From an uncultured Gammaproteobacteria bacterium (GTDB lineage Bacteria > Pseudomonadota > Gammaproteobacteria > Pseudomonadales > Halieaceae): 64,000 nt of DNA. The notes beneath the pieces are model-generated. The model had not been told where the DNA came from. It searched no databases and saw only the letters and a program-made list of their open reading frames with translations. A program made the translations under genes and the position numbers. Positions 29,237-39,470 of this stretch are shown here, in pieces. The DNA lies in contig CAVWDU010000007.1 of assembly GCA_963753815.1 (NCBI GenBank), positions 109,167 to 173,166 on the forward strand, read 5' to 3'. Numbering within the stretch: the stretch's first letter is position 1; every line of letters starts with the position of its first letter.

Positions 29237-30514
29237 ATGCACCACAGGGGCCTAACGGTTCTGCAGTGTCCAGCCTCTAAGATGTCGAGCGCGCCGATGA
29301 CGCAGCGCGCGCAGCTGGTTCATCACCGGACTGTCTTCGACGGCTGGCGTTCGATTGCCATTGCCATCTACATGGCCCTGGCCGGCTACAGTGTCATGGT
29401 GGGGATACCTGTCATCAGCACCGCCTGGGTCTCCCTGCTGGGGTTCACCGAGGTACAGGTGGGCCGTATTGCCGGCGCCGACCTGGGCGGGTTTTCCCTG
29501 GGCGCCGTGCTCGTATCGCCGCTTGTCGTGCGTTGGAATCGCCGCCTGCTCGCAGCGGGCGCCGCGCTGGTCGCGATCGGGGCCAACGCACTCTGCATGA
29601 CCGTTCAGGGTTACCAGGAAACACTGTGGCTGCGTTTTGTCGCAGGGGCCGGCAGCGGTGCATTCACTGCGATCGCCATCGCCACACTCGCCGGCACCGC
29701 GAAGCCGGCCCGCGCCTTCAACCTGCTGCTATTCACGTTCGCGTTTTCCCAAGGAGGTGAACTGTTCCTGCTTCCGAGGCTGTCCATGAATCAGATCTAC
29801 CTGTTCTTTATGGCAACCTACGTGCTCGCACTGCTGTTCATTCGCTGGTTGCCTCCCCGCCCGGTCGAAAAGGCACTGGATGTCGAGGTGGAATCGCCTG
29901 CTTTTGCCAGTGGTGTCGCTGACCCCGTGCACCTGCACGTGCCTCGGTCTGTTCCCTGGCTGGTGCTGGCGGCCGTGTTATTCACTTATCTGAACATCGG
30001 CGCCTACTGGACCTACATTGAACTGGCGAGCGCGGCCTCGGCCGCGGACCCGGACTGGGTCGGGAGCCTGCTGGTCTATACCTCCGTGTTTTCGGTGATC
30101 GGCTGCGCCTGCGCCACGCTCATCAGTAACCGGTATGGTCTCGCCAGACCGCTGCTGGTCACCCTTCTCGCCCAGGCGGCCATCGTCGGCATGCTGGCCA
30201 ACGGCATCAATAATGTAAACGTCATGATCAGCATGTTCAGCTTCAACTTCTGCTGGATTTTCGTCGACGTCTACCAGTCCGCCACGATAGCCAACGTCGA
30301 TCATTCGGGACGTTTCGCGGCGCTGATGCCCGGGGCACAGGGCCTGGGCCAGATTATCGGACCCAACATGGCTGCTTCCATTCTTGCTGCGGGGATGGGC
30401 TATGGCAGCGTATTTCTATTGTGCGCGCTCGCCTCGCTGACCGCATTTGCCATCTACCTGGCTACCTACCTGAAACTCAGCCGGACGATCCCGGCGCTGG
30501 CGGACGCTTCCTGA
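29237..30514 (+). CDS. MFS transporter
   Basis: ~405-425 aa with 12 predicted TM helices. Start ambiguous: ATG 29237, 29282 or 29297. Substrate not inferable. Confidence 0.7.
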   Translation: MHHRGLTVLQCPASKMSSAPMTQRAQLVHHRTVFDGWRSIAIAIYMALAGYSVMVGIPVISTAWVSLLGFTEVQVGRIAGADLGGFSLGAVLVSPLVVRWNRRLLAAGAALVAIGANALCMTVQGYQETLWLRFVAGAGSGAFTAIAIATLAGTAKPARAFNLLLFTFAFSQGGELFLLPRLSMNQIYLFFMATYVLALLFIRWLPPRPVEKALDVEVESPAFASGVADPVHLHVPRSVPWLVLAAVLFTYLNIGAYWTYIELASAASAADPDWVGSLLVYTSVFSVIGCACATLISNRYGLARPLLVTLLAQAAIVGMLANGINNVNVMISMFSFNFCWIFVDVYQSATIANVDHSGRFAALMPGAQGLGQIIGPNMAASILAAGMGYGSVFLLCALASLTAFAIYLATYLKLSRTIPALADAS

Positions 30515-30657
30515 GCCGACGTCTGCCACTGAGCATGTACCACTCGCGCCGTACGGAGACCAGCTTGTTGTAAAGGCCTGAAGCGAGGGTGAGACGAAGC
30601 GAAAGCCGGCTCATAATCACAGTGCACACGGCGGTAGACATACGTTTGGCTGGTTTT

Positions 30658-32181
30658 TTACGTGGGCTGGTAGCCCCATTCGGCCACCCAGGGCTGCAAC
30701 ACCGGCAGCACTGGCGACAAAGGCTCGCGGTAGCGCTGCCAGCGGTCCCGGGCTCGCGTGTAGATGGGCTCGATCACCTGGTGATAACTGGGCGTTTGTA
30801 TATCGCCGCGAGCGCGGGCCGTGTTGACATGCGCTTCGAGGTCGGGATGCCAGTCGAGGCCAAGGAAATCGAGCAGCGGTACGAGTGCCGCCCGGACCGA
30901 GTCGACGAGGTCCTCATAGCGCAGCGTGTACACCGACAGCGGCAGTACCCGGCGATACGCCTGCCAGAGCGTCATGACCGCATCGTAGAGTGCGGCGGTA
31001 TCCTCGAGGGTCAGAAAGTTCACCATACCCTCGTTCAATTCGAAGGAGCGAAGATAGCAGCTGAGCACACTGTCACAGGGGTGTCGCAGTGCCAGCAGGA
31101 AACGGGCTCGCGGGAAAACGCGATGCAAAAGCCCCGCGTGCACCAGGTTGAGCGGCAGTTTGTCCACGACCAGGGCCGTCGACTGTTGCGGTTCGAGATG
31201 GCGCGCAAGCTCGGTGAAATACACTGCACGCAGTGCGTCCAGGTCACCGGCCTGAAGTGCATCGGGGTAGCCCCCGGGCAGGGCGGCCACCGCCTGTTCC
31301 AGCACCCGGACCATCGGTTTTTCCTCTACCACCGCGATCCCGGGATGACTGCGCAGCACCGTGTCCAGCAGGGTGGTACCCGAGCGGGGAAACCCGACCA
31401 GGAACACCGGGTCCGGCAGTGAATCGCTGATCCTGGCCGGCTCCCAGGTCGCGACCCATTCGGCCGAGAATTGCCGCCTCAGCTGCGAGATCTGGTCGCG
31501 ATAGGCGGTTCGACCGATGCGCTGCGCCACCTCGGTCGATGCACTCTGTCGATTGGCCCGGGTCGCTGCCTGGAATGCACCGGCCGCGTCTCCCCGGCGG
31601 TCGAGCACTTCGGCCAGGAGGTAGTCGCGCGCCGCCGCGGTGTCGCTGTCGGACGGTGCCGACGGGGGCGCCTCCAGCCAGCGCCGGGCGGCATCGAAAT
31701 CGCCCTCGTGTCGGGCCAATTCCGCCTGCCGCAGCTGCAATACGGGGTGGTTCGGGTCGCAATGGCGGCCGGCGCGCTCGAGAGCCTCACGCAGGTCCGT
31801 GACCCTATTCGCACGCTCGAGCTCCCGGCACACCTGGCCGTGCGCTTCGACATATTCAGGCCGGAGCGCCACTGCCTGCTCAAACGCCGCCAGTGCCTCA
31901 TCGCGATCCCCCCTCGCCGCCAGGGCGTTGCCGAGATGAAAGTGGGTATCGGCGACGTCCGGCCGTGAGGCCAGGGCACCTCGATAACTCGCTACCGCCT
32001 CGTCGTGCTGGCCCAGGCCGGCATGGATCGTTCCCTCGATATTGAGCAGCAGGGGCGCGGCCGGGAACTGCTTGAGCAATCGATGAATCTCGGCCAGGGC
32101 CTCCGGCATGCGCCGTGCCGAATAGAGCGCAAAAACGCCGCGAATATCCTCGGGGCCTGGTGCCGGGTTGTCGGAAGACAC
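30658..32181 (-). CDS. TPR-repeat / sulfotransferase family protein
   Basis: 507 aa. The N-terminal half has TPR repeats (AEIHRLLKQFPAAPLLLNIEGTIHAGLGQHDEAVASYRGAL...). The C-terminal half has the PAPS-binding loop FLVGFPRSGTTLLD. Confidence 0.8.
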   Translation of the reverse strand: MSSDNPAPGPEDIRGVFALYSARRMPEALAEIHRLLKQFPAAPLLLNIEGTIHAGLGQHDEAVASYRGALASRPDVADTHFHLGNALAARGDRDEALAAFEQAVALRPEYVEAHGQVCRELERANRVTDLREALERAGRHCDPNHPVLQLRQAELARHEGDFDAARRWLEAPPSAPSDSDTAAARDYLLAEVLDRRGDAAGAFQAATRANRQSASTEVAQRIGRTAYRDQISQLRRQFSAEWVATWEPARISDSLPDPVFLVGFPRSGTTLLDTVLRSHPGIAVVEEKPMVRVLEQAVAALPGGYPDALQAGDLDALRAVYFTELARHLEPQQSTALVVDKLPLNLVHAGLLHRVFPRARFLLALRHPCDSVLSCYLRSFELNEGMVNFLTLEDTAALYDAVMTLWQAYRRVLPLSVYTLRYEDLVDSVRAALVPLLDFLGLDWHPDLEAHVNTARARGDIQTPSYHQVIEPIYTRARDRWQRYREPLSPVLPVLQPWVAEWGYQPT

Positions 32182-32192
32182 GTGCTTCGAGA

Positions 32193-33200
32193 TCAGAAAC
32201 TGACGCAGATTTTGCCGAAGTGCTGCCCAGACTCCTGGTACCGGAACGCGTCAGGCAGGCCGGCAAGCTCAAAGCTGCGGTCTACCACCGGCCTGATCCC
32301 GTTGGCCTCGATGGCAGACACCATGTCCAGTTGCTGGGCGCGCGAACCGACCGTGATCCCGTTGATCACCGCATTCTTCTGGAACAGCGCGGCCGTCGGG
32401 ATAGCACCGCTGATCCCGGTCAGGACACCGATCAGGGAGATATGCCCACCCATGGCCACAGCCCGGATCGACTGTGGCAGGGTGCCGGGCCCACCGACCT
32501 CGACAACCACGTCCACGCCGGCGCCGCCCGTCAACTCCAGCGCTTTGTGCCCCCAGTCGGACTCGGACTGGTAATTGATGAGGTGATCGGCACCCAGTGC
32601 CTCCAACCGCTCAAGCTTGGCGTCGCTGGAGGATGTCGCCGTCACCCGGCAGCCGGCGGCCTTGGCGAACTGCAGCGCGAAAACCGAGACACCACCGCTG
32701 CCCTGCACCAGCACGTGGTCGCCCGGCTTCACCCGTGCCTCCACCATCAGCGCGCGCCAGGCGGTGAGCGCCGCGCAGGGCAGTGTCGCCGCCTCCTCGA
32801 AACTGTAACCGGCGGGCATGGGCGTGAAGGCACTCGCCGCCATGGTCACTGACTCGGCCGCAAAGCCGTCGGCCATATCGCCCGGCACATCGAGCAACTT
32901 TGCCACCGCGTCCGGGCGCCCCTCGACCCAGTGCGGAAAGAACAGGCTCATCACCTTGTCGCCGACGGCGAAACCGGTGACGCCCTCGCCGACCGCCTCC
33001 ACGGTGCCGGCACCGTCCGACATGGGTATGCGACCGTCAGCGGCCGGTATCAGACCCGTGACCACCGCGTAATCGTGAAAATTGAGCGAGGTCGCATGAT
33101 TGCGGACCCGCAACTCGCCCGGCCCGGGGTCACGGGGTTCTATGTTACAGAGCTGCAGATTATCCAGCCCCGCCGGCTCTTGCAGTCTTACCGCTTGCAT
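32193..33200 (-). CDS. MDR-superfamily NAD(P)-dependent oxidoreductase (quinone oxidoreductase/alcohol dehydrogenase-like)
   Basis: 335 aa counted from ATG 33200. It has a GroES-like N-domain (MQAVRLQEPAGLDNLQL...) and a Rossmann segment VLVQGSGGVSVFALQFAKAAG. Confidence 0.85.
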   Translation of the reverse strand: MQAVRLQEPAGLDNLQLCNIEPRDPGPGELRVRNHATSLNFHDYAVVTGLIPAADGRIPMSDGAGTVEAVGEGVTGFAVGDKVMSLFFPHWVEGRPDAVAKLLDVPGDMADGFAAESVTMAASAFTPMPAGYSFEEAATLPCAALTAWRALMVEARVKPGDHVLVQGSGGVSVFALQFAKAAGCRVTATSSSDAKLERLEALGADHLINYQSESDWGHKALELTGGAGVDVVVEVGGPGTLPQSIRAVAMGGHISLIGVLTGISGAIPTAALFQKNAVINGITVGSRAQQLDMVSAIEANGIRPVVDRSFELAGLPDAFRYQESGQHFGKICVSF

Positions 33201-33444
33201 GGGTTCTCTCCGACATTCCAGTTTACGAGGGCTTATCCTAACGCAAACACCGGGACCGGGCACCACCGGTCACGGAGGGGCAGGCCCACGAAGCGCACAC
33301 CGGGCCACCCTGATCGGTCAGGTCTGCCCTGTCGGCCCACGTGCCATTGTCGGCACAAGCGATTGCAGTACACTGCGACTATGACCGCGACAGAGAAATA
33401 CCCGATCGGGAAACTGCACATCGAGCTCGCCCTCAGCGCAGACG

Positions 33445-36093
33445 GTGCTCATCCAGACTCGCCGGGGCGCCCGCCTGGCTACCGTCACTTTGGGCCCGCG
33501 CGGATTGCTGCGGCTGCTGGAAGCACAGCTGGGGATTCCCGACGAGGAGACGTCGTTCACCACCCGCCTGGTGCAATACCTGGCCTGTGTCGAAACCGCC
33601 AGCCACCCCGGCGCTTTCTACTATCTCTCCTACCAGGCGGATCCGTTCTCCGTCGCCCGCAACCTGTTGCAGTGGCGTGACGCCTGGTACCTGGCGGGCT
33701 GGACGGGTACAGTCGACGCGAACGCGCCTCCCCGCCTCGTCGATATGGCCGACATAGAACTGGAGGTGAGAGAATCCGTCTCCCCGGGATTGGGTGAACG
33801 GCTGCGCCGGGTTACCGACCTGCTCTGTGGTGAGCCGGTCGCTATCGACTCTATCGCATTGCTCGACCCGTTGCCGGCGTTCCCGGCCATGTGGCGGCAG
33901 CTCCTCGACACACTCTCCCGCCATCAGCGGGCCACGATTACCGGACCGCCGCCGCAGGCAGCAGCCGCTCGCCCCGACACCGACCTGGGTCGACTGCAAC
34001 GGGGACTACTGGACCGGTCGCAGCCGCCCGTCGGGCTATCGGGGGATGGCTCCCTGCGGGTACTGCAATCCGCCGGGCCACAGGAAAGCGGCCCGCTGCT
34101 CGCACAACTTCTGCAACAAAGGCAGACCAGTGCATCGGGCAACAGTATCGCGGTGCTCGCCGAGGCCCGCGGCAGTGAACTGGACGACAGCCTGGAGGGC
34201 GGACACTGTCCTCGACTCGGGTTTGGCGAGCTCTCACCCTGGCGGCCCGTGTTCCAGGTCTTGCCACTGGCGCTCGAGTTGCTCTGGAGTCCACTCAATC
34301 CCGTGGCCCTGTTCCAGTTCCTCTCCCATCCCGTCGGCCCGCTGCCCCGGCGATTGCGTGCGCGACTGGCTGCCACCGTTGCCAGCACGCCGGGCATCGG
34401 CAGCGCCGCCTGGCAGGAAACGCTGGAGGGCGCGCTCGCCGCCGAGGCGAGCGCGCAGCGCAAAAAGCTGCGCGCGCGGGTGGACTACTGGCTGCACGCG
34501 CCGCGCCACACGCCGGATACCGGGATCGACAGCGCCACATTAGCGGAGCGCGCCCACAGGGTAGCCGACTGGCTTCGCGGCGCCCTTGACGCCAGCGACG
34601 ATCCCGCACAACAGGCGCTCTACGGCATTGCCCACAACCAGGCCGTGGAATTCGGCAACGCCGTCGATCGCCTGCGTATCCACGGTCGCGACCCCCTCAC
34701 GCGCGACAACGTGCGCCGTCTTATCGATGATGTGCGCGGCAGCGGCGCGACGGCGACCGACCGCGAGGCCGAGGTCACGCCGGGCAGGGCTCCGATACTA
34801 TCCGCCGCACACGCGGGCGCGTTCACGGCGGCGATCGACCACGTCATCTGGTGGGATTGCCAGGCTACCGACCGGGTCAGGCCATGGCCATGGTCAGCCG
34901 GCGAGCGGCAGGCACTGTCAGCGGCGGGCGTCGAACTGCAGGACGAGGATTCCCGGTGGGACTGGCTGGCACAGGCCTGGCTGCGCCCGGTGCTGAATGC
35001 ACGCGAGGAACTCATACTGGTCCTCCACGAAGACGTGGAACGCCGTCACCCGATCTATGAGCAACTGCTCTGTGTTGCGCCCGAACTGACCGCGCAGGCG
35101 GTCGACATCGCCAGCACCATCGACGCACTCGGCCTGTCCCGCGCACCACTGGCGCAGACACCGCTGCCCGGGCTTCAGCGGTGGTGGCGGTTGCCCGACG
35201 GCATTCCGCTTAAGGAGCGCGAACTCGAATCCTACTCCAGCCTCGATGCCTACCTGCACAGCCCCTACCAGTGGCTGCTGCGCTATTGCGCTCGCGTAGA
35301 GCCGGGCTCGCTGGGCGCGATCAGCGACGGCAACCTGCTCAAGGGTAACCTGGCACACCGGCTGTTCCAGCAGTACTTCGAGAGGCACCCGGCGCCCCTC
35401 ACTGCAACGGGTACCGACATCCTGGCCTGGGTAGACCGGGAGCTGCCACGGTTGCTGGGAGAGGAAGGCGCCCTGCTGCTGGAAGCCGGCCGCCAGGCCG
35501 AGTGCCAGCGGTTCATCGTCCAGACCGGGGAAGCGCTGGTCGCACTGGTCGAACACCTGCGTGCCGCGGACGTCGAGCAGGTAGCAATGGAGTACTGGCA
35601 GGAGGGAGAGTTCGCCGGCGGCGGCCTGCAGGGCTCGATCGACCTGTTGGCGACGTGCGCCGACGGTAGCGAGGCGATTGTCGATATCAAGTGGGGCGGG
35701 CGTCGATACCGGCGTGACGCGCTGCTTGAGAACCGCTACCTGCAGCTCGCGGTTTACGACCATCTGCGACGCGGGCAAACCGGCCGCTCCCCCGCGCTCA
35801 GCTACTTCATCGTCAACGATGCCCACATGCTGAGTCTGGACCACGCCTTTTTCCCGCACGCCGAAATCATCGAGCGCACCGTCGATGAAGACAGCACTGA
35901 TTACTGGCAGCAGGTAGAAGCCGTCTGGCACTGGCGCAGACGACAACTGGAACAGGGGCTGGTCGAGGTCACGGTGACCGGCACCGAACCGGATGCGCGC
36001 TCGGTGCCTCCACCCGACTGCCCCGGCCTGCCCGAGACCAGCGACGACTTCAACGAGTTCCGGGGGCTGACGGGTTGGGAGCAGGGCGCATGA
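33445..36093 (+). CDS. AddB-like PD-(D/E)XK nuclease family protein (no Walker A, no Fe-S cysteines)
   Basis: 882 aa. The C-terminal RecB-type nuclease motifs are ESYSSLDAYLHSPYQWLLRY, GSIDLLATCADGSEAIVDIKWG and YLQLAVYDHL. Its stop overlaps the start of the next gene (ATGA). The start is uncertain: GTG 33445 was chosen, and an out-of-frame ATG at 33381 was noted. Confidence 0.75.
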   Translation: MLIQTRRGARLATVTLGPRGLLRLLEAQLGIPDEETSFTTRLVQYLACVETASHPGAFYYLSYQADPFSVARNLLQWRDAWYLAGWTGTVDANAPPRLVDMADIELEVRESVSPGLGERLRRVTDLLCGEPVAIDSIALLDPLPAFPAMWRQLLDTLSRHQRATITGPPPQAAAARPDTDLGRLQRGLLDRSQPPVGLSGDGSLRVLQSAGPQESGPLLAQLLQQRQTSASGNSIAVLAEARGSELDDSLEGGHCPRLGFGELSPWRPVFQVLPLALELLWSPLNPVALFQFLSHPVGPLPRRLRARLAATVASTPGIGSAAWQETLEGALAAEASAQRKKLRARVDYWLHAPRHTPDTGIDSATLAERAHRVADWLRGALDASDDPAQQALYGIAHNQAVEFGNAVDRLRIHGRDPLTRDNVRRLIDDVRGSGATATDREAEVTPGRAPILSAAHAGAFTAAIDHVIWWDCQATDRVRPWPWSAGERQALSAAGVELQDEDSRWDWLAQAWLRPVLNAREELILVLHEDVERRHPIYEQLLCVAPELTAQAVDIASTIDALGLSRAPLAQTPLPGLQRWWRLPDGIPLKERELESYSSLDAYLHSPYQWLLRYCARVEPGSLGAISDGNLLKGNLAHRLFQQYFERHPAPLTATGTDILAWVDRELPRLLGEEGALLLEAGRQAECQRFIVQTGEALVALVEHLRAADVEQVAMEYWQEGEFAGGGLQGSIDLLATCADGSEAIVDIKWGGRRYRRDALLENRYLQLAVYDHLRRGQTGRSPALSYFIVNDAHMLSLDHAFFPHAEIIERTVDEDSTDYWQQVEAVWHWRRRQLEQGLVEVTVTGTEPDARSVPPPDCPGLPETSDDFNEFRGLTGWEQGA

Positions 36094-39000
36094 GTGGGCT
36101 CTCCGACAGGCGCTCGATCGATGTGGTCAGCGCCGGCGCCGGCAGTGGTAAAACCTACTCGCTGACCGCCAGGCTGGAGGCATTGCTGGTCTCCGGAGAG
36201 GTCACACCCGCCGGTGTGATCGCGACCACCTTCACTCGCCGGGCGGCGGCCGAGTTGCGGGAACGGGTCAGGCAGACCCTGCTGGCATCTGGTCGTGTGG
36301 AACTGGCAAATCGCATGGAGCGCGCCCTCATCGGCACGGTCAACGGCGTGTGCGGTGAACTCCTGCAACGATTCACCTACGAGGCCGGTATCCCCCCAGA
36401 CCAGGAGGTCCTCGACGAGACCCAGGCCAACCGCTTGTTTTACCAGGCCATGGAACAGGCGCTGGCCCACGATTCAACCCTCATGCGCCAGATGAACGCG
36501 ACCTGTCACCGGCTACAGGTACTCGACCGACAGCAGCAGCTCAACTGGCGCGGGGAAGTGAAACGCATTGCCGACGCCGCGCGGGCCAATAACCAGGGCG
36601 CGCAAGACATCCGCGACCAGGGCAAACACAGCGCGGACGAGCTACTGGCTTTCTTTCCCGACCCGTTGCAACGCGATCTCGATCGCGAGCTGCTCAATGC
36701 GATCGAGGCGGCGCTGGCGGGTATCGACACCGTCAGTGATCGCACCCGGGTGACCCGGGAATACCTGACCGCCCTCAGCGGCGTCAGGGCTGGGCTGTAC
36801 AAGCAGCGCGCTACCTGGGCCGAGTGGATCAAGCTCGGCAAGGCCGCGCCCGGGGCCAGGTCCAGGGCGTTTGCGGAGCCCGTCGCGGCGGCCGCTGCGC
36901 AGTATGAACGCCACCCGCTGCTGCACCGCGACATCCGGTTTTTCGCCGAGCAGCTGTTCGCCATTGCCGCGGCCAGTCTCGAGACCTATCAGCAGCTCAA
37001 GCAAGCCCGCGGACTGATCGATTTCGTCGACCAGGAACAGCAGCTCTTCCTCCTGCTGGACCAGCCGGCAGTCTGCGCCACGCTGGCAGGAGAGCTGGAG
37101 CTGCTGATGGTCGACGAGTTCCAGGACACCAGCCCGATCCAGCTCGCCCTGTTCCTGAAACTCTCGGAGCTTGCCGGGCGGGTAGTCTGGGTCGGCGATA
37201 TCAAGCAGTCCATCTATGGGTTTCGGGGCGCCGACCCAACCTTGATGCAGGCCGTCGTAGACAGTATCACCGGTGCCGGTCAGCCTCTGGAGGTTCTTTC
37301 CCGGTCATGGCGCTCGACCCCGGAACTGGTGGCCTATATCAACCACCTCTTCGTCCCGGCGTTCGCCCCGGAGCTGGGGCCTGAACAGGTGGCTTTGCAA
37401 CCTACTCGCGACAGCCTGGGTGAACAGGCAGCGGTCGAAACCTGGCGACTGCAGGGGCGCAACAAGACCGACCGCGCGCTGGCACTGGCGGCCGGTGTCC
37501 GTGACCTGCTGGAGTCGGATCAACAGGTGTCGGACCGGGAGGAACGACGGCCCCGCCCGGTCGCCCCCGGTGACATCGCCGTGCTGTGTCGCACTCACGA
37601 CAACCTCGACGAGGTGGCAGCGGCGCTGGCAGCAATGCGCATTCCACTGCGCTATCAGAGGCCGGGCCTGCTCGGCACACCCGAAGGTTGCCTTGCAATG
37701 GCGTGCCTGCGGTGTCTGCTGGACCCTCGCGATTCCCTCGCCAGCGCGGAAATCCACACCCTGACCACCAGCGAGAGTCCCGAGGCGTGGCTCGCGGAGC
37801 GTATAGGGCAGCTCGAACAGGCTGGTGAAAGCACGCACGACTGGAGGGTCTCCGGCGCCCATGACATCGAGACGGCCTTCAGCGACGCCCGCGAACGACT
37901 GCCTTTCGTTACCCCGGTGGAAACCCTGGAGCTGGCCATCAGCACGGGCGCGGTGAGGGAAACCGTGAAACGCTGGGGACCGACCGACCAACGCAGCCGG
38001 CAGCGGTTGAACAACCTTGCCGCGCTGCTCGATCATGCACGTGAATACCAGCAGCAGTGCGCGGCGCAGAACCAACCCGCGACCGGTGCCGGGCTGGCAC
38101 TGTGGCTGTATGAGCTGGCCAGCGCCGCCACCGACCTGCAGGCCGACAGTGGCAACGACGCCGCAGTCCAGTTGGTCACCCACCATGGCGCCAAGGGGCT
38201 GGAGTGGCCCATCGTGATTGCCATGGACCTGGATGCCAGGCTGAGACCACGGCTCTGGGGCCTCAGCGTACTGCCGGCGCCGGAACCGGTTGACCTGGAC
38301 AGGCCATTGGCGGGACGTCGGCTGCGCTACTGGCCCTCGTTTTCAGGCCGCCATACCCGCGGCGTACCGTTGCTGGAAAAAGTCGCTGCCAGCCCGGCCG
38401 GCGCGCAGGCCATGGATCGCGAGACCGAAGAGGCCAGGCGACTGTTGTACGTGTCACTCACCCGTGCGCGCGATACGCTGGTGCTGGCCATGCCTGGCAA
38501 TGCAGCACACGGCGAGTGGATGGACACGCTATCGGCGCCGTGGATGTTGCCCGAGGGCGACGCTTTGCCGCTGCCCGATGGCCCGCTCATACCGAGTCGC
38601 CTCGTCACCCTCTCCGGCGGCACGCCTGCGCAACCAGCCGGGGTTTACCACCCGTGGTCACTCGAGTGCACCGGGTCGCAAGCGTCTCGCATCGCCGCGC
38701 GGCTCAGTCCATCGGCCTGCCCTCCGCGACCCGGGGCCACAACCGGCGAGGTGGTCCGGCTCGGCGAACCCCTGGCCCTGCCGGCACAGTATGACCCCGG
38801 ACGACTGGGCGCGGCCCTGCACGCGGTGATCGCCTCCGAGTTGTATGGCCAGCGCGACCACCAGCGTATTCTCGACGCTTACGGGGTCAACGACGTTATC
38901 ACCGAACGCGATGCGCGGCGGTGTGCGACACGCCTGACCGGTGAACTCGGTGCGCGCTTCGATCCCCTGCGCTATTACTGCGAATGCCCTATCCAGTACC

Positions 39001-39242
39001 GGGACGCCCAGGGCCGGTTCATCCAGGGATGGGCAGACCTGCTGCTTGAAACCCGGGATGGTTTCGTACTCATCGACCATAAGACCTCCACAGGGTCCGA
39101 GGAGGCCTGGGGTGATATCGCGCTCAGCTACTCGGGCCAGCTCGCAGCCTATGCCGAGGGCGTGCGACGCGCCACCGACAGGGCGGTGATCGGATGCTGG
39201 ATCCATTTTGCAGTCGGTGGCGGCCTGGTCGAAGTCTGCTGA
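36090..39242 (+). CDS. AddA-like UvrD-family helicase with C-terminal RecB-type nuclease domain
   Basis: 1050 aa counted from ATG 36090, which follows a GGGAG Shine-Dalgarno. Helicase motifs: SAGAGSGKTYSL, LMVDEFQDTSPIQ, GDIKQSIYGFRGA, THHGAKGLEWPIV, RLLYVSLTRARDTLVL. Nuclease motifs: GWADLLLETRDGFVLIDHKT and QLAAYAEGV. Confidence 0.85.
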   Translation: MSGLSDRRSIDVVSAGAGSGKTYSLTARLEALLVSGEVTPAGVIATTFTRRAAAELRERVRQTLLASGRVELANRMERALIGTVNGVCGELLQRFTYEAGIPPDQEVLDETQANRLFYQAMEQALAHDSTLMRQMNATCHRLQVLDRQQQLNWRGEVKRIADAARANNQGAQDIRDQGKHSADELLAFFPDPLQRDLDRELLNAIEAALAGIDTVSDRTRVTREYLTALSGVRAGLYKQRATWAEWIKLGKAAPGARSRAFAEPVAAAAAQYERHPLLHRDIRFFAEQLFAIAAASLETYQQLKQARGLIDFVDQEQQLFLLLDQPAVCATLAGELELLMVDEFQDTSPIQLALFLKLSELAGRVVWVGDIKQSIYGFRGADPTLMQAVVDSITGAGQPLEVLSRSWRSTPELVAYINHLFVPAFAPELGPEQVALQPTRDSLGEQAAVETWRLQGRNKTDRALALAAGVRDLLESDQQVSDREERRPRPVAPGDIAVLCRTHDNLDEVAAALAAMRIPLRYQRPGLLGTPEGCLAMACLRCLLDPRDSLASAEIHTLTTSESPEAWLAERIGQLEQAGESTHDWRVSGAHDIETAFSDARERLPFVTPVETLELAISTGAVRETVKRWGPTDQRSRQRLNNLAALLDHAREYQQQCAAQNQPATGAGLALWLYELASAATDLQADSGNDAAVQLVTHHGAKGLEWPIVIAMDLDARLRPRLWGLSVLPAPEPVDLDRPLAGRRLRYWPSFSGRHTRGVPLLEKVAASPAGAQAMDRETEEARRLLYVSLTRARDTLVLAMPGNAAHGEWMDTLSAPWMLPEGDALPLPDGPLIPSRLVTLSGGTPAQPAGVYHPWSLECTGSQASRIAARLSPSACPPRPGATTGEVVRLGEPLALPAQYDPGRLGAALHAVIASELYGQRDHQRILDAYGVNDVITERDARRCATRLTGELGARFDPLRYYCECPIQYRDAQGRFIQGWADLLLETRDGFVLIDHKTSTGSEEAWGDIALSYSGQLAAYAEGVRRATDRAVIGCWIHFAVGGGLVEVC

Positions 39243-39470
39243 TTTGCCGCCTTCCCACTCACCCAACCCGTGCAACCCGCGCGTAGCGGGACAGGGTTCA
39301 CATTCCGGCTATCGAAATTTGTGATCATCGAGACGCTGTGCTGAAGTAGTCGTGCGGGCCAGCCGTGTCCGCCCGGCGTATTTTGTCGCGGGGGGTGGAC
39401 TGGCACAGCAGATAACCGGTCAGCGAACCGGGCGTGGGCCCACAGGGGATCGTGGCAACAAGGAGTTGGC

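Noticed and set aside
33381-33444. ATG 33381 (MTATEKYPIGKLHIELALSADG...) as an alternative start of the AddB-like gene
   Set aside because: It is in a different frame from the 882-aa ORF. It would require yet another frameshift near 33440, which I cannot support without homologs. It is noted only as an uncertainty about the start.
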